A stretch of 64,000 nt of DNA from Amphiscolops sp. MND2022 (taxonomy: Eukaryota), in NCBI GenBank assembly GCA_964187785.1, contig OZ076421.1, positions 36,084,001 through 36,148,000 on the forward strand, in the 5' to 3' direction. Every line of letters starts with the position of its first letter. Position 1 is the first letter of the stretch. Both the position numbers and the translations under genes were made by a program. The notes below the pieces were generated by a model. That model was not told the DNA's origin and searched no databases. It saw nothing but the letters and a program-made list of their open reading frames with translations. Below are positions 35,501 to 47,509 of this stretch, in pieces.

Positions 35501-38500
35501 CTAAATTCATCGGCATCAGAAGCTAGCCGAGGAAGTATCAAGGTGAAATGAGGCGGGAGTGAGGAATGATTGGCAAGGCTAAGACAACATAACTTGAAGG
35601 CAAAGAACAGGTTCTCACGGCAGTGCATTTCATAGTAACCAGACAAGAAATCCACCCATTCTCTGTCATGTTCAATAACATTGGATCTAAACTGAGCGAC
35701 AAAGGAGCGATATTCGCTGTAAATCAGAGGTTTTACATTACTGCTGATCCATTTACTCTCCACAAAGAAATCACAAAGCATCTCGCATTCACGAGAGTAA
35801 TCTTCTTCCTCGCCATGCCGCACGATAGCTTCATCTAAGATGGAAAATCCTCGAACCAATTTGGATTTGCAAACTTTATGGCTCAATAACAACGCACAGA
35901 TGTTTCTGCAGAAACACAATGCTTGCTCCACAAAATGGGTAGGTGTCGGAATGTCACTCTCAGCTACCAGATTAGCAAAATCTCTATTACGGAGAAAATC
36001 TGCAGCAGTCTTTAAAGGATGGCTATTTGATGAGAGATCAATTGACAGGAAATGATCCCAATCAGACACTTATCCGAGAAACGAATCCGGAAGGATAGCT
36101 TGCAACTGTGAGTAAGTAAATGTTGCGAAAGCGCTGTAAACGCGGAAGATGTCTGGTGATGGCCCATTGACGTCTTTGAAGGCAGAATTATCTAAACACA
36201 AACAAATTGAAAATGGGGTAAGAAACCCGATGACAACCGCAAAAAGGAAAAACTTACAATGCAAGAGAACATTCCGAATCAGGAACAACTTCGCAGGATA
36301 CGTCTTGTCCTTGTAGATAGTCTCATAAATGCTTTTGGGCTGTAAAGAAACAAACAGATATGAAAGGTGAAGCGAATAAAAGAAGGAGGAAAGATAAACG
36401 AAACTCACTTCTTTCATGTGGTAACGGAAGTCTTTGATCCTGTCTGCGAGCCGGAGGTGCAAAACAACGTGGGACCAGTTCATAGATAGCTGACCAAGGA
36501 TAGTGGGAATATCTTCGTGACGAAATTCAAAACTGTGAATGGCCTGAAACAAACCACATAATGATTGCTACTTGATTTGCACTGATGAAGACTGAAAATT
36601 ATGATGCATCATGCTGAATTCTGAACACAGCATAGCATGGAACACAGCATACAGTATAACCTATGAGGATTATGCGGAAATCAGAACAAAATTGCATGAC
36701 AAGAAAAACCCTATGCAGAAAAGTACAAAAAACAACATAAAACTAGTGCACAACGTGCAGCGCAGTATAATGCAAAGTGAAATGAAATTATGCTGTTCTG
36801 AAGAAGAAACAGCATATTGGAATGATTATTATGCAGTTTTCAGAAGAACTTACGCCCAAACCCAAACCCTAACTACTCTGACTCATACAGATATTAAAAA
36901 ATGAATCAAGAGACTCAAAGACTTTAACTAGATAACAGTCTCACTCGTTCTTCATTTTTTCCTTTTTCTTACCTCCAACTGAAACTGAAGGCCTAATTCT
37001 CTTTATGAGAAAGATAAATAACTACCAACCAGACGTAATCAACCTGATTTGACAAAAACAACAAAACCAAAGAAATAATAACAAAGGCACACATCATAAA
37101 TTGACAAAATACAATGAAAAGTATTGAGAAATGTTAGCACGTTCATTTATCACCAGAATCTTTCTTAGCCTTCTTGCCCTTGATTACTAGCTTCTTAGCC
37201 CCGCTGGAGCTACTGTCAGAAAGAAACAGGACATCTGCTACTACCCGAGGAACAGAAAGTGTCGGAGTCGAAAGTTTAGGACTAGAACCTTTGGGTTTAC
37301 CACTTGATTCAGCTCCTCGAGCTCTGCCTGGAAAAGGAGTAGGTTGCACAAATTTACCACTTGAAAGGATAGGCCCTGGAGCGGATGTTTTGGTGCTAAC
37401 CACAACGGAAGTCCATAAAGCTTCTTCATCGGAGATGGTACATGTATAACGCGACTCCAGTTTGTTAAACAGTAGGCGCCGTCGAGAAGAACAGGAGGCA
37501 GTGACATCCCAAACCGAAAACGTCGCGTCAGACAGTAAAGCATTGCCTTTACAAAGCAACGAGAAAACAGGTGAGATTGTGCGCGGATTTGAAAAAAGCC
37601 CAGACACATTAGGAATCCCAGATAAAGAGGACTGGATACTTCGAACAGACGATCTAAATTCATCGGCATCAGAAGCTAGCCGAGGAAGTATCAAGGTGAA
37701 ATGAGGCGGGAGTGAGGAATGATTGGCAAGGCTAAGACAACGTAACTTGAAGGCAAAGAACAGGTTCTCACGGCAGTGCATTTCATAGTAACCAGACAAG
37801 AAATCCACCCATTCTCTATCATGTTCAATAACATTGGATCTAAACTGAGCGACAAAGGAGCGATATTCGCTGTAAATCAGAGGTTTTACATTACTGCTGA
37901 TCCATTTACTCTCCACAAAGAAATCACAAAGTATCTCGCATTCACGAGAGTAATCTTCTTCCTCGCCATGCCGCACGATAGCTTCATCTAAGATGGAAAA
38001 TCCTCGAACCAATTTGGATTTGCAAACTTTATGGCTCAATAACAACGCACAGATGTTTCTGCAGAAACACAATGCTTGCTCCACAAAATGGGTAGGTGTC
38101 GGAATGTCACTCTCAGCTACCAGATTAGCAAAATCTCTATTACGGAGAAAATCTGCAGCAGTCTTTAAAGGATGGCTAGTTGATGAGAGATCAATTGACA
38201 GGAAATTATCCCAATCAGACAGTTATCCGAGAAACGAATCCGGAAGGATAGCTTGCAACTGTGAGTAAGTAAATGTTGCGAAAGCGCTGTAAACGCGGAA
38301 GATGTCTGGTGATGGCCCATTGACGTCTTTGAAGGCAGAATTATCTAAACACAAACAAATTGAAAATGGGGTAAGAAACCCGATGACAACCGCAAAAAGG
38401 AAAAACTTACAAAGCAAGAGAACATTCCGAATCAGGAACAACTTCGCAGGATACGTCTTGTCCTTGTAGATAGTCTCATAAATGCTTTTGGGCTGTAAAG

Positions 38501-39001
38501 AAACAAACAGATATGAAAGGTGAAGCGAATAAAAGAAGGAGGAAAGATAAACGAAACTCACTTCTTTCATGTGGTAACGGAAGTCTTTGATCCTGTCTGC
38601 GAGCCGGAGATGCAAAACAACGTGGGACCAGTTCATAGATAGCTGACCAAGGATAGTGGGGATATCTTCGTGACGAAATTCAAAACTGTGAATGGCCTGA
38701 AACAAACCACATAATGATTGCTACTTGATTTGCACTGATGAAAACTGAAAATTATGATGCATCATGCTGAATTCTGAACACAGCATAGCACGGAACACAG
38801 CATACAGTATAACCTATGAGGATTATGCGGAAATCAGAACAAAATTGCATGACAAGAAAAACCCTATGCAGAAAAGTACAAAAAACAACATAAAACTAGT
38901 GCACAACGTGCAGCGCAGTATAATGCAAAGTGAAATGAAATTATGCTGTTCTGAAGAAGAAACAGCATATTGGAATGATTATTATGCAGTTTTCAGAAGA
39001 A
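32544..39001. repeat. tandem triplication of a 2152-2153-bp unit (32544-34695, 34696-36848, 36849-39001)
   Basis: Same ORFs recur at offsets 2152 and 2153; junction ttcagaagAActtacgccc has 2-bp microhomology; copies differ by scattered SNPs and a 1-bp indel. Confidence 0.97.
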
Positions 39002-41530
39002 AACAGCATGCCAAATGAAATTATGCTGTTCTGAAGAAGAAACAGCATATTGGAATGATTTTATGCAGTTTTTAGAAGAAAACAGCATGCCAAATGAAAT
39101 TATGCTGTTCTGAAGAAGAAACAGCATATTGGAATGATTTTATGCAGTTTTCAGAAGCAAACAGCATGCCAAATGAAATTATGCCGTTCTGAAGAAGAAA
39201 CAGCATATTGGAATGATTTTATGCAGTTTTCAGAAGAAAACAGCATGCCAAATGAAATTATGCCGTTCTGAAGAAGAAACAGCATATTGGAATGCTTTTA
39301 TGCAGTTTTCAGAAGAAAACAGCATGTCAAATGAAATTATGCTGTTCTGAAGAAGAAACAGCAGTTTGGAATGATTTCATGCATTTTTAGAAGAAAACAG
39401 CAAAACAAATGAAATTATACAGTTTTGGAAAAGAAACAGCAAACAGGATAGATCTTATATAGTTTTCAGAAGAAAACAGCATATTGAACGAGGTTATGTT
39501 GATTTGGAGAAGAAAACACATACCGGAATAATTTAATGCAGAAAAAAATTACACCGAACGAATTTATGCTGTTTAGACATTGAACAGTAAAGTGAAATAT
39601 TTGTAAATTACTTTTCGCAACTCAGGAAGGTTGCTCATCCAAGCGGAATCCAGAGCAGTGCGCAACTTCATGAGGAAGAAATGTAAAACGCTATGAAGAT
39701 CATATCTGTCAAGAATCTTGATAGCCGATCCTCCTGCAAAGACTTTGTACAAGTCTTCATAACCGAAAGTCGCACAAGGTGACGGAGCTTGGTGTAATTC
39801 AGTTTGTAAGGTCTTGACAGTCCGCGCATCAAAACCAAGCAGAGAATAGATGCTAACGGGGGTACTCGTTATAGCCAAGAAACAACCAGCAACTTCAAGG
39901 ACCTTTTTAGCTTCCATCAGGCTGGGGGTGGAGCTTCCATCCCTGTAAGTAGAAGGTGATTGAGGACGTTCCCAGACCAAAACGACACAGACAGTTTGGT
40001 ACATTCAGGTGTAGTTTGAAGCTGCAAAGAACAGCTTCCAGATTGACTGATGGCCTGGGCAGTGAATCGCAGCAATTCCCGGAACATATAGACCATTACT
40101 CCCTAGGAAAAGGAAAGAATGAGTTTAGATGACAAATGGTAGATAATAGACAATTAGTAAAACAATACTTACAAAGACACGTTCAGGACACCAATTGAAC
40201 TGGGGAACTTTTGAAGGCCCACAAATCTCTGACCCGAGACTACTCCAAAGTGAACGCACGACGTCCAATCCTCCGCCATGTTGCAATCCGGTCATTAAAA
40301 TGCGGATCTGTGAACAAATGACTGCAGAAGGATCAAGTATATCTACATCGGAGGGGAGTTCGTACTGTCCAGGTAGCAAATAACACTCTCCCAAAGTAGG
40401 AGCAATTGGGTAAGTCATTCCGGCCTTCTCCCGTGCTTCATCCAGAGATGGACCGACTAGCTCTTGCTCATTTGTCCCGTACAAAGGAAGTCCCGGGGTT
40501 TCCATAAGGAGCCGATGTTCCCGGACTAAGGGAGCTTCAGTTCCATAGTGGGATAGGATCTCCAATGCGCCTTTGGTTTTCAACGACAACTCAATGCTGC
40601 ACACTCTGCATCTCCACTTGTGTGGGTTGGCTTCAGCGTCCATGGGGGCTGTAACGAAGAATTTGAAAACAGGATGTTTCCTGAACATCTGAACGTTTAA
40701 CTGCAATCGTGGTTTGGAACGCCCAACTGTTCCAGATTGTCCTTGAAAGTTGGCCCCTGTAACAGTCTTGTCTCCGGCCGGCGCTGAAAGTCTTTCACGA
40801 CGCTGGATGCGCCGGGTGGCTGGGTTGCGCTTCGTTTTCGTTACTGCGACTTGCGATGAAGACGGTGGTTCCGGGATTCTGTCTTCGGACAATCGGCTGG
40901 ACGATGACTGTTGCTGTGATACCGGCGCTCTGGTAACGGTTTCTTGCAGTTGAGTACTGAGAGATGCAGTTGCTTCAGAGACTAAAACTTGAAAGCGCCG
41001 CTCTAGGGCCTCCAAATCAGAACTAGTTACGAAATTCATCGTAGGATCTGTGGAGGTCGCTGTGCGGGTAATTGACCTATCAACCTCTAGCCCTGTAGGG
41101 GCAGTAACAACAGGGGTTTGAGCTCTGTTCAGGAATGCAGTGAATGGGGAATGAACCTGTTGTTTTCCTCCGGAAGGGTTATAACTCGGCGATCCTGGAG
41201 TTGGCTCAACCTCAGTGGTCTCATTCCTGGGAGTCAAACGTTGGGTTTCGTCTCTAGTCGAAGCATCTCCAGTGACGTCGACCATATCGCTATCGTGAGG
41301 TACCCGAAAGGTGGACAATCCAAAAGGAGGGAAAGCGGTTTGGGCGAATGAAACGGAACTCCTGTCAAAAGAATGTGCAATTCCGTCTAGGTCTGCTTGC
41401 CTGTGAGACTCTAGATTAGTTTGAAGTTGCTCGGGAGTTGATTGGCGAGGCGGGTTTGAGAACGCTTCAAGAGGAGCCAAATCTCTAGTTGGAGTACATT
41501 GTTCGGCGGAAACGTGGAGTTCGAAGGAGT
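37143..41530 (-). pseudogene. element B antisense spliced accessory gene: BED-type zinc finger plus hAT-transposase-like body, about 1090 aa reconstructed
   Basis: Exons 41530-40173, 40102-39612, 38696-38562, 38492-38411, 38344-37143 with GT-AG introns of 70, 915, 69 and 66 nt; KWRCRVC...EILSHYGTE finger; one frameshift and one in-frame TAA; last three exons repeated in the triplication. Confidence 0.8.
38930..39540. repeat. 79-bp tandem array of paired ATGCTGTT...AACAGCAT inverted motifs in intron 2 of the accessory gene
   Basis: ttatgctgtt at 38941, 39021, 39100 and onward at 79-bp steps; about 6 good and 1-2 degenerate units, each two ~40-bp subunits. Confidence 0.95.
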
Positions 41531-42159
41531 CTGAAACACAAAAAGAAATGAAAATACAGGAAACCAAATTCGACCAGAAACGGAAGTTGTCTGATCAAAA
41601 TTAGTGAGGGCCTGATCAACCTTCACTTCGAATTTAGAGTACTCGAAAAAATCTGTTCACCACCCAAAGCAGGAAATCTGAAAATGAACCTAGTTTTGGT
41701 GGAGAAAACGAAATTTGTGTTGTTCTCTAGTCAGATAATCTACAAAAGACCTGAGTGCAAAACAAATTGAAAAGTAGTCCAAATTATTTTTGTCAGAGAT
41801 ATCAGAAATATTTGGAAATACAAACCTCGTATTGGAGTTCCTTTCTCTGCGTTTTCTCTGGACATCGTTCCCTCCAAATGAATGAACAACTAGCAAGAGG
41901 ATCTTGATACAATTAGTCGGTTGTCAAACACCAGCTAAACTGAAAAAAACTGCTAATCCGTCGAAATTTAACTAACAAAGGCGGTCAACCGATAAAGCTG
42001 AGTAAATTTGAAAAAAGACTGAAGGATAGACTGGCAAAGGAAAAGAAAACAAGAAGAACGGTGGGTACTGTAATGACTATCACTTGATACTGAAAACAAA
42101 GCGAGAAACGATGAAGGCGTGGCGTATAACAGAAAGGCAATAAAGCAAATAACCAACGT

Positions 42160-42520
42160 CAAAAGTATGCTGTTCGCGGATCAGCTCAATTCTGATTGGT
42201 CGAAAATGTGCTGAGCTTGGCCATATCTGCCAGTATGACTAAGCTGTATGAGCGCATTTTAATTACGTGGAAATCAAACGAGACGTACAACATAAACATC
42301 TCATTATGCGGAAATGTGAAAGAAACAGCATAATCTGCTCAAGCAGTGAATGAATGAGAGCAATAGATGACCCGCACTGTTATGCTGTAAACTCGAAATA
42401 ACAGCATAATGTTGTTATGCGGAAATGGATACAAAACTGTATAATGAACTAATATTGCTAGCAATGAGACTTGTGATGAAGTATGATGTTTTCTGTGAAC
42501 AGCATTTGATGTATATCACT
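42160..42520. promoter_or_regulatory. putative bidirectional promoter region of the accessory module (CCAAT box, AACAGCAT cluster)
   Basis: ATTGG at 42195-42199; about 6 AACAGCAT-like motifs; lies between the two divergent genes. Confidence 0.4.
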
Positions 42521-43027
42521 ACTAATACTGCAGTTCCAAAATATTATACATTGATTAATACACGAGTACAGATTCACACTTTGGAAGAAGTGACTCATAT
42601 AGTAAGGTGTGAAAACTTTCTCATGATAAACCTGGATGAATTATTGATGTAATTTATTTTGATTGTGAGTAATTAAAATTAGTCACCCTAAAATGGAAAG
42701 TTAGAAAACGAGACATGAAGGAAGGCTCAAGGTGATTCTCAAAACTGATAAATGTTTATTTGAAATTGAGAATTTTAGTGATGCTATTACTTGAATTTAC
42801 CCTGATAAATTACCCGAGGAAACCGGGAAAAGAGATTTTTGAAATGTGTTTTGGAGTAATTTACGTGGAACTCATAGTCTTACGGAAATCTAGAAGATCT
42901 CACCATTCTGGTCTTAACTTTCGCGATATCAGTTAACTCGTATTGTTATAATTCTTCAACCCCGTTCAATTTTCAAACTTAGAGTTTGTAAACCAGCCTA
43001 AAAACTCGTGAAACCTACTGAAGTGAA

Positions 43028-43994
43028 ATGTATGCAACTCCGATAACAAAGGCTAACAGTACTGGAGGACGAATGCAGTCCGACGCAGACCTAGATCTGA
43101 TAAACATATCAAGCAGTTCAGACGAGGGATTTGTAGTGGAACCTTTGACTTTAACTGAAATGGAAGATAGGTTCAGAGTCGCCCCTTCATCCATTGCGAG
43201 CATAACCGTTGCCTTCATAGGATCTACGGAAGCTTCTTTGTTCGTGACCAACTCAATGGAAACAGAATCACGAGGATGCATAAATACAAGGGGGACAACT
43301 ATCGAGTCCAAATTGATGGATTTGTTGAACGATATACGTGACATTTCGCCAGTGACATTCATCGACAGCTCAGAAGAAGAGATGGACCCATTTCCAGAAG
43401 CAAACTTTGCGAATGTGTAAAGAAATGCATATGGGCGTCCCACACAAAGAGTATCTCCTATCCCTAAGACCCCAAGTTGCAAACCCAGGACAACAACCAG
43501 AAGCAACACGTGACATCAATCCTCCGACGATACCTAGTCAGGTGAGTGCTTTCACAGCATATGTTGCCCCGCAACAAAGGACAGCTGACTTTAATGCACG
43601 ACCAGTTCAACAAGCCGCATACCTGCCGTTGCCTGTGCCATTCTACCCCAATGGGTGGAACAATCAAGGTTTTGGGCCGGTTAACAACAATGCACACTCA
43701 ATCCCAGCAAACAACGCCTTTCCCCAGAAGAGACCAATACTCCAGATGAATCCACCCGTTATGCCCGAAGTTGCGGAATACTGCTCCAGTTGCATGAAAA
43801 CATACGATCACATTGCAGTTGAAACCCTGACTAGCTACATTGCCTGGTCAGAATACCCTGAAGAAACTATTCGAGATCGGAATGTGAGGTCGAGAGCTTT
43901 TTTGGACGGGTTTGGAGCAGCCCTGATCTGTTTTAAAAATGCTGGACTGTCGCCCGGTTACCCTTGCGAGACGTCCGGAGTGCAGCACCGGTAA
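43028..43994 (+). pseudogene. element B sense accessory ORF3: acidic protein with SIM-like segments and conserved RxRAF(L/I)(D/E)G C-terminus
   Basis: DLDLINISSSSDE and PVTFIDSSEEE; frameshift near 43410; C-terminal RSRAFLDGFG matches RKRAFIEGMQ in element C; stop lies inside the 3' LTR. Confidence 0.65.
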
Positions 43995-45700
43995 GCAGAT
44001 CAGCTCTGCATCATCCTTCACAATGCCCGAAGACCCAATGCCAGCCTTATAGACTTTGGAAAACATTCAAATTAAACCAAAAACTGAGAAATTTGTTCTC
44101 AAATAATTGCTCTCGTTGCTATTTCTTATGTTTGTTTAAGTTAAACCGTTAGCTGATGTTGGTTTATGTGGACTTACGACCTGTTTGATTTATATTTGAC
44201 AACGGCATAACCGTTGAAAAAAGACAAAGAAAAAGACAAAAAGCTCAATAAACTAGTCATTAGTGACGATGTTACTAATATGACCAGATCCAAATCTCTG
44301 TTTTGTTCCACCGTCATATTGTGGAAAATTGTGTTATACATCATGATTATGCAAGAAGTGTATGAAATCAGTATGATGTTTTATTTTGAAAGCAGCATGA
44401 CAAAACATCCGTCCAAAATAGTACTAAATTATGCTGCTTTATGCGGTTTGTATTGATTGGCATATACGGTATTTTTAGTAAAACAGCATAATATGGATAT
44501 ATATACTGTTGCTTATGCTTTATACCGTATTATACTGGAATTGCTCAAAAACAGCATGATGATTTAACCCAGAAACAGCATACGCGGAAATCACCCAAAA
44601 ACAGCATGATGAGTTAGCTCAAAAACAGCAGATGAAGGAAATTCAGGAAAACAGCATGATGTTCATACTCGAAAACAGTATAATGAACGCCAGCAGCACG
44701 ATGCAGCTCAGTTATACTGTATTATGCGGTTTTCATAAAACTGCATATGCAGGATTATATTGGAAAAAAGCATAAATTGCATAATAATACACATTAATCC
44801 GCCACTACATTGGTGCTATATTTAGAACTTCTAGGAACATGATGTCATAGTTTATTTTTAACTTCTGACCCTAGAAACATGACGTAATGATGATTTTGTA
44901 AAATTGCTGGTCATGTTACTAAAAATAACACCCAATGAAATCATTATGTAAGGTACACTTGAAATCAGTTTTTCCCACGATCATTCCTACGAGATAACAC
45001 ACAGAAATCAGTCACTCCAAACCAGAGAAACGCGTTCCACCAATTCCAAACCTTGCAGTTTCTTTCATTGTAAAGATAACTCTGAATTTTCATTTCAACA
45101 ATATCTTTGAAATTCAAAGATTTCTTCAACTAGAAGTTGTTTTCAACATGGGAAATAGAAGGAACAGACGTACACGGAGAAATGAGTCTCAGTCTCCAGA
45201 GAGAGATGAGAATATGTCAGCAACAAGCCTTCTACAAGGTAATGCGACTTTAACTAATGATTCTGAAAATGTTAATACCGTTTTTGACAGGAACTTAGGT
45301 AGCGAACTAACGGAACCATCACAAATCAGTAATGAGATAGAAAGAATTTCTCAAAGGCTATCTGAACAAAACAGCAACAAGATGACACAGATTGAACATC
45401 AGCTGAATAGCAAATTTGAAGAAATACTTAAAGAAATCAGAGCAAACAAAAACTGTAACACAACAACTGATGAAGATGATGTTGAGAGTAGACAGCCAGG
45501 TCCTTCTAACTCAAAACCCAAGGGTCTCAGGAACAAACACGCATCAAACATGACAATAGAAAGAGATCAGGATGATCGGTTTTACTCGTCTGAAATGAGT
45601 GAATTAAGACAACCATATACTCCGATTGGAATTACAGATGAGACTCTGGATGAGACCATAATAATAAACTAAAACAGACAGGAAAACGCCGATCATCACA
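43948..45700 (+). repeat. element B 3' LTR (1753 bp)
   Basis: Homologous to 24802-26522; followed by TSD ATAAT; retains gag 5' ORF 45148-45672. Confidence 0.92.
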
Positions 45701-47509
45701 ATAATGGGCATTTTTTCAAAAATTTCCGGATATCGACATGACTCTATAAAGCTAATTTCCTGTAGTAGACTTCTATCGACAAAACTCTATGTTTTGAGTA
45801 TGCTTAATCTGTAAAACGTTATTGAGTTGTAAGCTTTCTCCTACACATAAATTAATAACGGCTGGAAACTAACAAGTTTACTATTCAAGCATTAGACTAA
45901 TTCTTTTTTGTCATATTTGTCAAAATTCAGTCTAGTCCAAACTCGTTTGGAAAATTAACTATACCAAAATAGCATTATGGTAAGATTCCGTTCACTGTTG
46001 AAAAGTATACATGAATAACATAAGAAAAAAACGCCATTCATTCTTTGAATACGTTTATTGATTCGATTTTTCGTTTTCAAGTTTTTATGATCAAAATTTA
46101 AAAAAAACTGAAAAATTCCGTTGTATTTTAAAATTTTGATTACAACTGACTTGAAAAGTGAACAATTATTGTTTCAAAGAATGAATGTTTTTTTTCAAAA
46201 AAAGAAAGGTTCCTTTTTTATTATTCGTTCCAGCAGTGAACATTATCTAATATAAATGCTATTTTGCTATTTTGCAATTTTACATATTGAAGAGATTTGA
46301 TTGAGTCCAAACGTTTTCAACATGAGGATTCCAATTCTAAATATTGAGTCAACTTAAAATCTCGAATCAAAACTCCAAATTTTTTGGTTTCTTTTCAATG
46401 TATTTCGAATTCTTTAGGCGATTTTGAACTGCTTCGAACTTTGAGACACTTTGTAAAGAGGATGACATCCATAATTCAAGATAACGAAACGAGACTACTC
46501 TCTTTGTTGCAAACATCGTCTGTTGAGAATTTGAAAATCTTTCAAGTTGCTCTCTCACTGGAACAACAAATACAAAGGGAACATCTAAACAAAAGACTCT
46601 CAAACACTCCGCAGTCAATCTACGCATCAACTGTCCTGAAAAAAAAACAAAGAGAACTTCAATTATTCAAAATCGGTTTTTGCAGTTTTTTGAGAGAACT
46701 ATTTAGCAACCAAACAATGGCGATACTTTCTGACTATGCAAAATTTCTGTCAATATTTTGTCACTTTTTGTACTTTTGTCATCTAAAAACTATGCAGTTA
46801 AGCTTTTTTAGAAAAGATTCTGGATGTTTTTTTTTCTCTCATGCTGATTGTTCTTGCAAAGTAACTAGAGAATCTTTCAAGCATATGTTTTGACAGAATA
46901 CACTTACAAATTCCCAGTCGTTGATTTTCATCTGAGCATTAACCTCGAAAGTACACCGAGAAGTCTAAAAATTGACAAAATTTTTGCAAAATTTTTTCAA
47001 AGCTTCTTTTCTCCACAAATAATAGCTGCAGCTCCAATCGGTTTTCTGTTCCTGAAAGCCCTTTACCTAAGCTTTCAAATGCACATTAGTTAGGTCCCGA
47101 GCTGCGCCGGGCCTTTCAAATGTCGGTTGAACTCATAACTGAAGCTTCATTGAAAAAAAACTTCTATGTTGGCAAACTGTGTTACTAGAGTGGGACAGTA
47201 AATTAGCAAACAGTTGCTCAGTTATTGAGAAAAAACGAATTTTCTGAAATGTACTTTTTTGCAATTTTTCACTTTTTTTCAGTTATTTTTTTGCCAGTGG
47301 CTCGGAAAATCTATATTGACACAAATAACAATTCACACCAGATAGTCCAATAGATTGCCGATAAGAACAACAATTTTTCGTTTTCCTCTATGCTTTTTGC
47401 GTGTCGTAATTTATTATTGATTGCCAAAAAATTGCAGTCGTCATTTGAGGACGAAATCGCTGTCGAGGTTAAGATTAACAAAATTGTTTCAATGTTTATT
47501 ATTTTGCTG

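Larger units (their letters stand above)
24802..45700 (+). mobile_element. element B: giant Ty3/Gypsy LTR retrotransposon (decayed) with 3' accessory module
   Basis: LTRs 24802-26522 and 43948-45700 (TGT...ACA); 5-bp TSD ATAAT at 24797-24801 and 45701-45705; order gag-PR-RT-RH-IN. Confidence 0.95.

Noticed and set aside
38930-39540. CRISPR-like array of palindromic repeats
   Set aside because: No unique spacers, no cas genes, and it lies in a eukaryotic intron.
37143-41567. Independent active hAT transposon nested in Gypsy
   Set aside because: No TIRs or 8-bp TSD seen, ERxFS motif absent, and the same position, orientation and introns occur in two divergent Gypsy elements.
43015-43994. env gene in the canonical env position
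   Set aside because: The sense ORF has no signal peptide, furin site or TM helix; the hydrophobic minus-strand ORF 43015-43509 is an antisense shadow.
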